Source: Acholeplasmataceae bacterium (GTDB lineage: Bacteria; Bacillota_I; Bacilli_A; Acholeplasmatales; Acholeplasmataceae). From it: a stretch of 64,000 bases of DNA. How positions within the stretch are numbered: position 1 is the first letter of the stretch; each line of letters opens with the position of its first letter. Under the pieces are notes generated by a model. That model worked only from the letters and a program-made list of their open reading frames with translations. It did no database searches and was not told the DNA's origin. The stretch is taken from NCBI GenBank assembly GCA_963675245.1, contig OY775910.1:96001-160000 (forward strand), read 5' to 3'. Both the position numbers and the translations under genes were made by a program. Below are positions 1-10,641 of the stretch, one piece after another.

Positions 1-952
1 TGTCAACAGTTCTTCCAGATGGATTGACTTCGCCAGTTAGAATACGTCCTAATGACATGATACCTGTATCACCAGGGGCTCCAATCCATAGTGCTGCATC
101 AATATTAGCATTGTATGCATAGTGAGTCGTATCATCCAAGAAACCTAATTCAATTTGTGTACTACTATTAATAACGATGATTACTTTATCAAATGCTGCA
201 GTAACTTCTGCAATTAGATCTGTTTCATTTTGATCAAGTTGTAAATAATGATCATCTGCATTTCTTGCACCTTCAACCGGATCACCATTGTTATCTGACA
301 TTGTTCTAGGTAGATCAAATCCTTCGCCACCTATACGTGAGATAACAATAATTGCTGCATCATCATAATTGGAGAAAGTACCTCTTAATGTAGCATCATA
401 ACTACTCCATGGTGTTTCACCTGTCCATAATGAAATGATACCATTATTGTCCATTTGTGGATTTGAAGGTCTTCCTGAACCAGATGCATCATCATCTTCA
501 TAAAAACTAACTAATGCTGGATTATATGAAATACCAACAGCATCTAAACTCTCAAATAATGTATTCACATTCGCACCACTACCAGCACCAGATCCAGAAC
601 CACCATATACAAGGTCAACAGAATTTTTACCAAATACACTAACGCTTGAACCTGTTGCAATTGGTAAAGCATTTGAATCATTCTTTAAAAGGACTATTCC
701 TTCTTCAAATAATTCCTCATTAACTGCATTACCATTTAATCTTGCTTCTTCTTTTGTGTTAAATTCAGTCTCAAATACTTGAGTTGTACCGCTTGCAGTA
801 ATTGCTGCACCTTTACCTAGGACATTACTAATTATGTCGTAAAACATAGTAGAGGCTAAAATGGTTAAAACTGTTAATAAAACAATCGTAATTGACGTCG
901 TAATCAACCACACTATAGATTGTCTTGTTTTAAAAAATTTATTTTTTGACAT
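1..952 (-). CDS. Membrane-anchored GH3 beta-glycosidase, permuted (C-domain first); runs off the left edge of the window
   Basis: Not in ORF track. Hand translation from ATG at 952 (SD GGAG upstream): MSKNKFFK, TM segment, EGIVLLKNDSNALP, VSVFGKNS..GGSGSG, ending NPSGRTVD at the edge; paralogous to 3049-7050. Confidence 0.85.
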   Translation of the reverse strand, partial: MSKNKFFKTRQSIVWLITTSITIVLLTVLTILASTMFYDIISNVLGKGAAITASGTTQVFETEFNTKEEARLNGNAVNEELFEEGIVLLKNDSNALPIATGSSVSVFGKNSVDLVYGGSGSGAGSGANVNTLFESLDAVGISYNPALVSFYEDDDASGSGRPSNPQMDNNGIISLWTGETPWSSYDATLRGTFSNYDDAAIIVISRIGGEGFDLPRTMSDNNGDPVEGARNADDHYLQLDQNETDLIAEVTAAFDKVIIVINSSTQIELGFLDDTTHYAYNANIDAALWIGAPGDTGIMSLGRILTGEVNPSGRTVD

Positions 953-991
953 TCTCCCACTCCTAAATTATTGATTTATTTTTTTAATTTA

Positions 992-2743
992 TTAATTGTA
1001 ATTTCCACTAACTACGTCCCATGTTAAGTAGGCATATGTTTCAATTTTAATTGCATCTACCATCGGTGCTGTTGCTGTCATTGTACCACCCATCGCGATG
1101 CTATTATCAGTCAACAATACAACTGTGTTCGTACCTTCAACGAGGCTAACATTTACCGACATGACATAGTCTTGGAATGGTAAATATGAAATTTCTTCAA
1201 ATTGAGAAGGTACATCTATGAAATACACATTGCCATAATTAATTGATGTACCGTTAACAGTAACTGTATACGTTGGAAGATTTGCACCAACAGTTGATGT
1301 AATATAAAAATCCATAATTTCAGCAGATAATCTCAAACTCAATGTTGCGTTATCAACTTCGCGATCCGATTCTATCGTAAATGTAAGAGCAATACCATCT
1401 GCGTATAAATATGAAATAAAATAGCCATTACTTGCGTTCACAACACCATTTGAGTCATCTCTAATAATGGCATCTGTACCGTTTGCATTACCTGAATAAC
1501 CAGGTCCAGTAAAATCTGAAAAATCTAAATCTTCTGCTTCATAGACATATGTCATAGACCATTGTGCATAAACAGTAGTATCTTCACTAATACCTGTGCT
1601 AAAGTCATAACCAATAAGTCCTAATGTACTATTGCTCCATCCAGCAAATGTATAACCGGTTCTTGAAGGATTTTGCATTGGTGTAATTGCAACGTTTGCA
1701 TCGACAATAACTGGATTAGGGTTTAGTGCTCCTTGATAGTTATAATCATATGTCAATACAACCGCTTCAGTCCACTTAGCATATAGTGTTAACTCAGCAG
1801 TAATTGGTGTTGTAATATTAAATGATGTTGTAAGTTCAGCATCCGTAAACCACCCAGCAAATCGATACCCTACTCTAGATACACTAGGTTGTGAGATGAT
1901 TGCTCCTTCAGTGATATTTTGAGAATTAACTGATGGGGCATCTGTGTAATTCAAATCAAATGAAACTGTATATGTTTGTGCATTAGCATCAACCCACTTC
2001 GCATAAACAGTCACATCAGCATTAATGACAGAAAATTCATATGGTGTACTTAATGCTGCATCTTCAAACCATCCAGCAAAAGTGTAATCCGTTCTAGTTG
2101 GTACTGTAGGTGTCGCAACAACTGATCCCAAATCCACAGATACTTCTGAAGCTGTTGGTGCACCACTATAATTTAAATCAAATGTTACAATGACTTGTTC
2201 AACCCATTTTGCATATAATGTGAAATCACTATTAACAACGAGTGAAAAATTATAAGCTGTACTAAAGGTATCATCAATATACCAACCATCAAAACGATAT
2301 CCTTCTCTAGTTGGATCATCTAATGTTACAGTTGATCCTTCAGCTATCGATAATGTTTCATTTGAACCGCCACCTTGATAATCAACTAATACATCATGGT
2401 ATGTCACTGTTTCTGACCATACTGCATAGATAATAAAATTATTTGAAGTAATAGGTGAACTGAAATCGTATGCGTCACCATTTCCATCTGCATTATCATA
2501 CCAACCTAAAAAATCATAGCCGCTGCGAATAGGATCAACAGATGGTTCAGCAACTGCAGTATTTTCATCCACTCTTGCGACATCAGGTTCGTTTTGAACA
2601 GCATCACCATCGGCATTCACATCAAAAATAACCGTGTATCTCACAGGATCCGGGACAACAGTATTATCACATGCGATTAATACAAATGTTAATGTTGTTA
2701 ATAATAATGTTAAAAGCATTGTTTTTAAAATTGTTTTTTTCAT
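992..2743 (-). CDS. Lipoprotein with ~6 InlB B-repeat (Listeria-Bacteroides repeat) domains and a C-terminal CBM6/CBM35-like module
   Basis: Lipobox LIAC; repeated PxRxGYxFxGW...LYAKW; C-terminal YEAE...MVDAIKI jelly-roll pattern; start moved to ATG 2743 (GGAGG at 2754-2758). Confidence 0.75.
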   Translation of the reverse strand: MKKTILKTMLLTLLLTTLTFVLIACDNTVVPDPVRYTVIFDVNADGDAVQNEPDVARVDENTAVAEPSVDPIRSGYDFLGWYDNADGNGDAYDFSSPITSNNFIIYAVWSETVTYHDVLVDYQGGGSNETLSIAEGSTVTLDDPTREGYRFDGWYIDDTFSTAYNFSLVVNSDFTLYAKWVEQVIVTFDLNYSGAPTASEVSVDLGSVVATPTVPTRTDYTFAGWFEDAALSTPYEFSVINADVTVYAKWVDANAQTYTVSFDLNYTDAPSVNSQNITEGAIISQPSVSRVGYRFAGWFTDAELTTSFNITTPITAELTLYAKWTEAVVLTYDYNYQGALNPNPVIVDANVAITPMQNPSRTGYTFAGWSNSTLGLIGYDFSTGISEDTTVYAQWSMTYVYEAEDLDFSDFTGPGYSGNANGTDAIIRDDSNGVVNASNGYFISYLYADGIALTFTIESDREVDNATLSLRLSAEIMDFYITSTVGANLPTYTVTVNGTSINYGNVYFIDVPSQFEEISYLPFQDYVMSVNVSLVEGTNTVVLLTDNSIAMGGTMTATAPMVDAIKIETYAYLTWDVVSGNYN

Positions 2744-2948
2744 TAGCAAAAAACCTCCTAGATAATTAAATGGCATTTATATATTATATGTAAAACAATT
2801 CATTTTTTAATGAAAAAGTTTATATTCGTGTTTTATGTATTGATTTATTTATTTTCCCTTTAAAATAAATAAAAATCCCGTTTAATATTTTATGAAAATC
2901 TTGTTTTTTAATATGTTGAGTAAATTATTTACAGGTATCAACCACTGA

Positions 2949-2997
2949 ACAGGGGATACTAGATGTCATCAAATGATGTTGAACTAGTATCCCTTGT
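2949..2997. other. Long intergenic stem-loop (mRNA stabiliser or terminator) between the GH3 and lipoprotein genes
   Basis: ACAGGGGATACTAG (2949-2962) / CTAGTATCCCTTGT (2984-2997) inverted repeat. Confidence 0.5.
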
Positions 2998-3048
2998 CGA
3001 GTTGATTGATTAATTAATCTTCTAACATTTTAAAAGACTAATCGTTAA

Positions 3049-6000
3049 TTACTTATTAAATTGTTTCTTATTTCTTGTAATAACAAATGCAAATGCAACT
3101 GTTAATAATAACATTGTCGCGAAAACAATTGTACTTGAAATGGTGATTTCAGATCCACAACCAGTTTCTGCTAATTGTGTTTCGATATCATCAATACGTC
3201 CTGTTTCATCATCAAGTGAACTATTGAGTGTATCAAGTGACGCTTGTAAAGCTGCAATATCAGTAGCGATATCTGCTGCAACAGCATCATCACCAGCTGC
3301 AATCGCTGCTTCTAATGTTGTTTGTAATGCTGTAATTGCTGCATCGACTGCATCGATAGCTGCATTGATTGTAGCAACATCTGCATCAAGTGCTGAGTCA
3401 AGTGCTGCAAGGTCTTCAACCAAGCCAACAACATCAACCCAACCAGCATAATACGTGACATCAGCTGCAACATTTGCACTGAAGTCTACTGCTGTTGTAG
3501 CAGCTGCGTCTGTGAACCATCCTAAGAAGATTGCACCTGGACGATAAGGTGCTGCTAATGCTGCGATTGGTGTATCTTGAACTACGGCAACAACTTCGTC
3601 AGAAGCACCAGTGAAGTTACCTGCGAATGTGACATCATATGTTGGAAGTGGAATACCAGCAGCAACAACTAATGTTACATCTGTTGGAACGTCAATTGTT
3701 CCAGACATCCATCCACCCCATAATACCCAACTTGCATTAACATTAATTGTTACATCATATGATCCAGGCATTGTTGGTGTTCCAGTGATGTTACCAGCTG
3801 CATCGAGAACTAAACCAGCAGGTAGCGCACCACCAATAACACTATATGTAAGATTAGATAATGGTGCAGTCATTGTACCCCAGTTTGTTTGAACAGGATA
3901 AGATGTGACACCAAATGTAATTGATCCATCTGTTACAGCAACATTCTCTTCAAGTGCATCAAGATTTGCTAATGTGAATGCAGAAGCAACTTCAAGTGAG
4001 AAGTCGACTGAACCAACATTTACCCAGTAATTTCCAGAATAACTAACTCTAAATGAGAATGAACCATTTACTGTAGGTGTACCAGAAATTTGGCCTGTAG
4101 CTTCATTTAATGATAAACCAGCAGGTAAAGATCCAGATGTTATTGAAGCACTAATACCCATGCCTTGTACATTTTCAGGTATTACATTTGCACTAAATGA
4201 TGAGAATTGAGTTGCATCTGCTAAAGCACCATCAACTGTACCTAATTGCAAGAAATTACCCATTAAGTTACTGTTAACTGATGTGTAAAGGACATTTTTA
4301 GCAGCAGTACGAACTGCCCACCATTGTGAGTACGAAGGAACGGCTTCAGTTTCACCAACAGGTGTATAAACAGGTGCACCTTCAGTTTCATCCCACTGTG
4401 CATAGTTATCACTATAATTACGATTACCAAGAGGAATATCATTACCCATTGGCCACATTTCATTTAAGTTCATGTATGAATTAGATCCGCCACCAACAAA
4501 GTAGTCGGTCACAACATGACCTTCAAATCCCCATTCATTACGTAATACTTCGACTAGTAATGCATAGTTGGCACTAGCATCAACTGCACCAATTCTATTG
4601 AATGAAGACATAACGGCATATGAACCACCTTCTTGAACTGCAAGTTGGAATGGTTTCAAATAAACTTCTCTCATAGCTTGTTCATCAAGATAAGTCGAAA
4701 TACCCATTCTTTCAGTTTCTTGATCGTTAATTGCAAAGTGTTTAATATACGTATATAGACCTTTAGCTTGTGCACCTCTGACAGTAGCAGCAGCTACTTT
4801 ACCACCTAAGAAACCATCTTCTGAATAGTATTCAAAGTTTCTACCAGCAAATGAACTTCGGTGAGTATTCATAGCAGGTCCATACCAACCACTAATACCA
4901 AGCCATAATGCTTCGTTACCAACCATTTGACCCATTTGTTCAGCTATTTCTAAATTCCATGAAGAAGCGATTGTTACTTCTGATGCCCAATAGAATCCAC
5001 TACCAAATCCAGCAGGACCATCAGCATCTGTTGCTCTTTCTTTACCAATGGAAGCAACTGCAGATGTAGAATAACTACCTCTACTTACAAACACTGCTAA
5101 TTCTTCATATGATAATTGGTTTAAGAAAGCATCCCAAGCAGGATCATCTTTAGGCACATTAATCATATCAGATAGTTGTGTAGCTACAAGTCCATCTACA
5201 CGTGCATCAACTTCAGCTTGAGAAGCTTGAGTGTAACCAGCTACATCAGTTGCATCTTTATACCAAGGTGCTGTTTCATCTTCTAGATCTTCAAGAACGA
5301 ATACATGTGCAAGTTGATCAGCTAAAGTTGAATCAGCAGCAATAGTTAAGTCAGCTACTGAAGGAGCAACAGGGAAAGTAGCAGCAAAATCAGCTCTTGA
5401 CATAATTGTCATAGTCAAATCTGCAGTACCATCATTATCAATATCAGGAAGTGAATTGAAATAATCATCATTCGTAAATCTGTTTTCTACTGTATCACCT
5501 GTAACTCTATCGTTATCGTAGTTAATACCAGATACTATAGAATAAGGAATAGTAGCAACTACTTCATGTGAATTTCTCTTTATTTGAATGTCATAACTAC
5601 CAGCATCTAATTCATACCCAGTATGTCCGTTATCATTTGCATCATTATAATCATAGGATGCCATGTCTTGAACGTATAATTCAATGACAACATCTTGAGA
5701 TTGTCCAGGTTGTAATAAACCTGTTTTAGCAAAGCCACCAAGAACAGTTGAAGATTTTTCAATCTCACCATTGATGTATGGTGCGTCATAATATAGTTCA
5801 ACTACATCTTTACCAGCAACATCGCCAGTATTTGTAACAGTAACAGTCACTGAAATCATGCCATCTGATGTTAATGCAGATCCAGAAACTGGACTTGCAC
5901 TTGCAACTGACCATGAGAAAGTTGTGTAACTTAACCCATATCCAAATGGATATACGACATTGTCATCATACCATGAACCGCCTTCAATTTCACCACGTGT

Positions 6001-7050
6001 TTCATAATAGCGATACCCTACATAAATGCCTTCTTCGTACATTAACGCCATAGAACCACGGTTGATATTGAGTTCAGTTGGGGTACCATCTACATCTTCA
6101 TATAGTCGAATACCAGAATCCACATTTTGTGAGTTATCACCAAAGTTTTGATATGTCGGATCTAAAGTGAAATCAGCAGCATAAGTATCAACTGTACGGC
6201 CAGATGGATTTACACTACCATTTAGAATACTACCAAGCGCCATGATTGCGTTAGTACCTGGATGACCTACCCAAACGACAGCATTAATTGCAGCATCTTC
6301 TTCTAAAACACCTAATTCAAGAGGTGAACTATTATTTATAACAACAATGATGTTTTCAAAGTTTGCTTTAACATGTGCAATCATATCAAGTTCATCTTGA
6401 TTTAATTCTAAATAGTGCTTTTCATAAAAAGCTGATTCAGGATCAAGACTTACACCAGGTAAATCGCCACCTTCAGAACCACTTCTTGTGATAACAATAA
6501 TAGCAGCATCATTGAAAAGTGGATAAGAATCAAATTGTTGACGACCATAATGATCCATTGGTGTCTCACCAATCACAGCACCACCACCGCCAAGACCGGC
6601 AACACTTCTCAATGGTGTATTGTCATTTTCATAAAAGTCTTTTAACACCGGGTTAACATTATAACCAGCTGCATCTAAACTTTCATAAATACCTACAGCC
6701 CCAGTAGTATTACCTTGACCAGAACCACCACCACCAAGCGCCATATTGGTAGAGTTTTTACCAAACACAGTGACATTTTCGATTTCAACTGTTGGTAAAA
6801 CACCGTCATTTTTTAGAAGAATAAAACCTTCTTCACCAATTTTTTCGTTAACAACGAGTGCATGTTCTTCTGTTTCTTCAAAACTTGTGAAGTCAGAATA
6901 ATACAAACCGTCATTTTCGTCAAAATCAGCAGCAAAAACTTGATTTGCTGTTACTACAAAGAAACTTAGAACAGCGACGAGCACAAGCAAAGTCATTTTT
7001 TTGAGTAGACCAAAACTTTGTACTCTTTTACTACAATTTATTTGTTTCAT
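3049..7050 (-). CDS. Secreted, C-terminally anchored GH3 beta-glycosidase (permuted) with Fn3-like, putative Ig (He_PIG), B-repeat and coiled-coil domains
   Basis: EGFILLKND, NPSGRTVDT, YEEGIYVGYRYY, GRNFEYYSEDG, IKHFAIND, VVTD motifs; GSLPAGLSL..GQISGTPT Ig repeats; C-terminal TM followed by basic tail. Confidence 0.9.
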   Translation of the reverse strand: MKQINCSKRVQSFGLLKKMTLLVLVAVLSFFVVTANQVFAADFDENDGLYYSDFTSFEETEEHALVVNEKIGEEGFILLKNDGVLPTVEIENVTVFGKNSTNMALGGGGSGQGNTTGAVGIYESLDAAGYNVNPVLKDFYENDNTPLRSVAGLGGGGAVIGETPMDHYGRQQFDSYPLFNDAAIIVITRSGSEGGDLPGVSLDPESAFYEKHYLELNQDELDMIAHVKANFENIIVVINNSSPLELGVLEEDAAINAVVWVGHPGTNAIMALGSILNGSVNPSGRTVDTYAADFTLDPTYQNFGDNSQNVDSGIRLYEDVDGTPTELNINRGSMALMYEEGIYVGYRYYETRGEIEGGSWYDDNVVYPFGYGLSYTTFSWSVASASPVSGSALTSDGMISVTVTVTNTGDVAGKDVVELYYDAPYINGEIEKSSTVLGGFAKTGLLQPGQSQDVVIELYVQDMASYDYNDANDNGHTGYELDAGSYDIQIKRNSHEVVATIPYSIVSGINYDNDRVTGDTVENRFTNDDYFNSLPDIDNDGTADLTMTIMSRADFAATFPVAPSVADLTIAADSTLADQLAHVFVLEDLEDETAPWYKDATDVAGYTQASQAEVDARVDGLVATQLSDMINVPKDDPAWDAFLNQLSYEELAVFVSRGSYSTSAVASIGKERATDADGPAGFGSGFYWASEVTIASSWNLEIAEQMGQMVGNEALWLGISGWYGPAMNTHRSSFAGRNFEYYSEDGFLGGKVAAATVRGAQAKGLYTYIKHFAINDQETERMGISTYLDEQAMREVYLKPFQLAVQEGGSYAVMSSFNRIGAVDASANYALLVEVLRNEWGFEGHVVTDYFVGGGSNSYMNLNEMWPMGNDIPLGNRNYSDNYAQWDETEGAPVYTPVGETEAVPSYSQWWAVRTAAKNVLYTSVNSNLMGNFLQLGTVDGALADATQFSSFSANVIPENVQGMGISASITSGSLPAGLSLNEATGQISGTPTVNGSFSFRVSYSGNYWVNVGSVDFSLEVASAFTLANLDALEENVAVTDGSITFGVTSYPVQTNWGTMTAPLSNLTYSVIGGALPAGLVLDAAGNITGTPTMPGSYDVTINVNASWVLWGGWMSGTIDVPTDVTLVVAAGIPLPTYDVTFAGNFTGASDEVVAVVQDTPIAALAAPYRPGAIFLGWFTDAAATTAVDFSANVAADVTYYAGWVDVVGLVEDLAALDSALDADVATINAAIDAVDAAITALQTTLEAAIAAGDDAVAADIATDIAALQASLDTLNSSLDDETGRIDDIETQLAETGCGSEITISSTIVFATMLLLTVAFAFVITRNKKQFNK

Positions 7051-7447
7051 GTTCTTCTCCTTCTTATTTTTTATTTACCCAATAAATTAGGTATTTTGAG
7101 AACATTTTAACTTATGTGTGTCAATAATTATTCATTTATAAAATTTTGGTATAGTATTTCTACCGTTCCTAATCTTAACATACGACTGAATTTTCGGCAC
7201 ACAAACAACGTTATCGATGATAACGGTTACATAATAACATTTTTTAAATCAAATTTTTGTATTATGTCATAAATTGTCAATATCGTGGCAAGTTTTGCAT
7301 TTTACTAAAAATGTTGCGTTTTTTGATAAGGATTTGGCTTATTTTTAAGGGTTTAATCCATATGATATCCATATATTGAATTTTTAACTTGTCGTTTATG
7401 AATATACCAGTTTTTAGAAAGATTGGTTATTTTATTTATAAACATAT

Positions 7448-8779
7448 CTAAAAATCCATTTGTTTTTGTGAATTTAGTGGTATTAAAATGTATAGTGTAA
7501 ACCAATTGTTCCCAGGGTTGATATTGACAACGCCACCATATTTTTTGGCAATAGATTTAATAGATTTAATCCCATATCCATGATAACTTGTTTCTTGCTT
7601 CGTTGTCACAAGCATACCATCTTCGTATTTCAAATCATTTTCATAATAATTTTCAAATTTAATCATCAATAATTCATTTTGAGCAAATACTGTTAACTTT
7701 ATCAATTTCTTTTCAGGGTCTTCGATACCTTTAACAGATTCAATCGCATTATCAATCGCGTTTCCAAATAGAGATGTGAGATCAACAATATTCATAAAAT
7801 CCAAATGCTTACCATCGACAACAAATGTAAAGGTAATTTGCAATTTTGCACAGACCATGCTTTTTGATGTCAATATTGTATCTAATACATGGTTACCTGT
7901 GTTTGTTCTAACGCCGTAAGATATAATATCTTTTTCGATTTCTTCAAGAAAGTGTTCTCTTTTCTCACTATCTGTTTCTGCTCTAATTAGATTAATTTGG
8001 TGTTTTAAATCATGGTATCTTTGATTAATAACATCAAGATTTTCTTTTGATGACATATATTGGTTATAATGTTTTAAAAATGCATTTTGCAAGGCATCTA
8101 ATTCGCTTTTTGTGTTTAGGGCAAGATGATGTTCATGATGCATGTAGATTAGAATCACACCACACAAATCAACGAGTGTTCTAATATAAAATATTTCTTC
8201 AGGATTTCTACCAGTTAGTGGTGTATAAATATCAAGAAATGATAAGTTACTTATCGCAAAGATCATGACAGCAATCGTCACCATAGAGATCATATCATTT
8301 TTTCTCATACCGATGATATACCGACGTATGCTATAGCGCTTTTGTAATAAATATACAACGATAAAAATGAGTAGATACATACCTATGGCAAATGCATATC
8401 CAATCCAGAAATTTTGGGCTAACTGTGTATCATTAAAAATAAAGTAATAAAATTGCCATTCAAAAGATGCTGCAAACTCAGCAATAACAAATGATTGTGC
8501 GGCAAATAATGTCGACGCTGTCAAATCTAAATCTGTCGTAACATATATAAATAAGACAATTGATGCGACAGCTCCAATCATGGCTGGAATCCAAAACCCT
8601 ACAGGTAAATATCCTGTACCAACCATGTATGCAACTTGTATCACTAACCAGCCAAATATCACACCATATAATTTCCAACCAGAAAGTCTCTTTCTTGCGA
8701 ATATGATAATGACTAAAGCAAATAACCATTCAGCTAACGCAGTAATCTCTCTTGGCACATTGATGAGATCTATAGGCAT
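7448..8779 (-). CDS. Sensor histidine kinase, GHKL (AgrC/VirS-like)
   Basis: Multi-TM N-terminus, RYHDLKHQI H-box, GNAIDNAIE N-box, HGYGIKSI G-box. Confidence 0.9.
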   Translation of the reverse strand: MPIDLINVPREITALAEWLFALVIIIFARKRLSGWKLYGVIFGWLVIQVAYMVGTGYLPVGFWIPAMIGAVASIVLFIYVTTDLDLTASTLFAAQSFVIAEFAASFEWQFYYFIFNDTQLAQNFWIGYAFAIGMYLLIFIVVYLLQKRYSIRRYIIGMRKNDMISMVTIAVMIFAISNLSFLDIYTPLTGRNPEEIFYIRTLVDLCGVILIYMHHEHHLALNTKSELDALQNAFLKHYNQYMSSKENLDVINQRYHDLKHQINLIRAETDSEKREHFLEEIEKDIISYGVRTNTGNHVLDTILTSKSMVCAKLQITFTFVVDGKHLDFMNIVDLTSLFGNAIDNAIESVKGIEDPEKKLIKLTVFAQNELLMIKFENYYENDLKYEDGMLVTTKQETSYHGYGIKSIKSIAKKYGGVVNINPGNNWFTLYILIPLNSQKQMDF

Positions 8780-8780
8780 T

Positions 8781-9491
8781 TTATTTCACCCCGCCAACGT
8801 ACGATGTCAATGCTTCTAAAAATGGTTTCTTTCTTGCTCTACTCATTTTCAGTTCGTCATTGCCGACTACTGCAAACTCTCCTTGGATGCCTTTTACTTT
8901 TGCCAGATTAACCAAATAACAATTATTACATCTAAAGAAGTAATATTTCTCAAGCTTACTTTCCATGTCTTTCATGACACCACGCATGCTATAATCGCCT
9001 TGTTTTGTTTTTATAGTTAACGTATGTTTCATGCTTTCAACATAATTAATATCGTTAGTCATAACTTTTTTAATACCAGATTCAACTGGCACCAAAATAT
9101 AACTATCTTCTCTCGCATCTAACTTTTCAATCGATCGTTTAAATTCTTGATAAAAAGCGAAATATGGGACGGGTTTTAATAAAAACGATAATGCATCTAC
9201 AGAATATCCTTTTATGGCATATTGTGCCATATTTGTTTTGAAAATGATGATGACATTTTTATCTTTTTCTCTTATCTTTTCTGCGATTTCCATACCATTG
9301 GAATGTTTCATTTCGATATCAAGAAAAATAATATCAAATTTACCTTCATAATCTCTAATGATTTCTGTCCCGTCTTCAAATTCAACAACATCAAAAAAAC
9401 GATTATGTTCAATAGAGTATCGCTTAATATATTTTTTTACAAGTTCGCGACTTGCTTTTTCATCTTCAACAATAGCAATCCTATATTTCAT
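8781..9491 (-). CDS. LytTR-family response regulator
   Basis: IAIVEDE, IFLDIEM, LLKPV receiver motifs; FFRCNNCYLVNL LytTR motif; start set at ATG 9491 after AAAGGA. Confidence 0.9.
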   Translation of the reverse strand: MKYRIAIVEDEKASRELVKKYIKRYSIEHNRFFDVVEFEDGTEIIRDYEGKFDIIFLDIEMKHSNGMEIAEKIREKDKNVIIIFKTNMAQYAIKGYSVDALSFLLKPVPYFAFYQEFKRSIEKLDAREDSYILVPVESGIKKVMTNDINYVESMKHTLTIKTKQGDYSMRGVMKDMESKLEKYYFFRCNNCYLVNLAKVKGIQGEFAVVGNDELKMSRARKKPFLEALTSYVGGVK

Positions 9492-9502
9492 GTTAAGTCC
9501 TT

Positions 9503-10600
9503 TCAATCAAATAATTTCTTGCATTGATCTAGTGCCAATCTAATAATGTCATCCATATCTAAATATCGATATGTACCTAATCTTCCACCAAAGATGACCT
9601 TATCTTGTTGATCTGCCAATTCTCTATATTTTTTATACAGTAAATTATTGTCATTATCATTAATTGGATAGTAAGGTTCATCACCTATTTCCCAATCTAC
9701 TGGGTATTCCCTAGTAATCAACGTTGGCTTTTGTTCTTTAAATGTAAAATGTTGATGTTCGATGATACGTGTGAATGGTATATCTCTTTCAGTATAATTA
9801 ACCACCGCATTACCTTGGTAATTTTCAGTATCAACCATTTCGTTTTCGAATCTTAATGATCGATAAGATAAATGGCCATATTGATAATTAAAGTATTGAT
9901 CAATCATACCTGTATAAATCACTTTTTTTGCTTGTTTTTCATACATTTTGTGATTCTCAAAAAAGTCTGTATTTAAGTTAACTTCAATGCCTTCTAATAA
10001 CTTTTCAATTAATGCTGTATAACCATCTTCTGGTATACCTTGATAACGATCTGAAAAGTAATTATTATTATATGTAAATCGTACCGGTAAACGTCTGATG
10101 ATAAATGGTGGTAAATCTGTTGTTTTTCTGCCCCATTGTTTTTCTGTATAACCTTTAATTAATGCGTCATAAATATCTTTACCAATTAATTTAATGGCTT
10201 GTTCTTCAAGGTTCGAAGGTTCAATATTTTTATATGCTTCTCTTTGTGAATCAATCATTTTTTTCGCTTCATCAGGCGTTTTAACACCCCACATTTGATT
10301 GAATGTATACATGCTAAAAGGTAAACTGAAAAGCTTATCTTTATATCTTGCAAGGGGTGAATTTGTGAAACGATTGAATGTAACTAAACGATTGACATAT
10401 GCCCATACTTCTTCATCATCCGTGTGGAAGATATGCGCACCATATTTATGGATGTCGACACCATTAACTTTTTCTGTATATATATTACCGCCAACATGAC
10501 CTCTCTTATCTATAACAAGACATTTTTTGCCGCGTTTATTTGCTTCATGTGCGATCACTGAACCATATAATCCAGCACCGACAATTAAATAATCATACAT
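9503..10600 (-). CDS. glf: UDP-galactopyranose mutase
   Basis: YDYLIVGAGLYG, HKYGAHIFHT, YTEKQWG, EPYYP, GRLGTYRYLDMD. Confidence 0.95.
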   Translation of the reverse strand: MYDYLIVGAGLYGSVIAHEANKRGKKCLVIDKRGHVGGNIYTEKVNGVDIHKYGAHIFHTDDEEVWAYVNRLVTFNRFTNSPLARYKDKLFSLPFSMYTFNQMWGVKTPDEAKKMIDSQREAYKNIEPSNLEEQAIKLIGKDIYDALIKGYTEKQWGRKTTDLPPFIIRRLPVRFTYNNNYFSDRYQGIPEDGYTALIEKLLEGIEVNLNTDFFENHKMYEKQAKKVIYTGMIDQYFNYQYGHLSYRSLRFENEMVDTENYQGNAVVNYTERDIPFTRIIEHQHFTFKEQKPTLITREYPVDWEIGDEPYYPINDNDNNLLYKKYRELADQQDKVIFGGRLGTYRYLDMDDIIRLALDQCKKLFD

Positions 10601-10641
10601 ATTTTTTTCCTCACTTATTTGGTATGTTCATTATATCATTA

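Noticed and set aside
7051..7447. LytTR direct-repeat binding site upstream of the GH3
   Set aside because: Only loose TTGNCA/ATGACA repeats were seen; not distinguishable from background by eye
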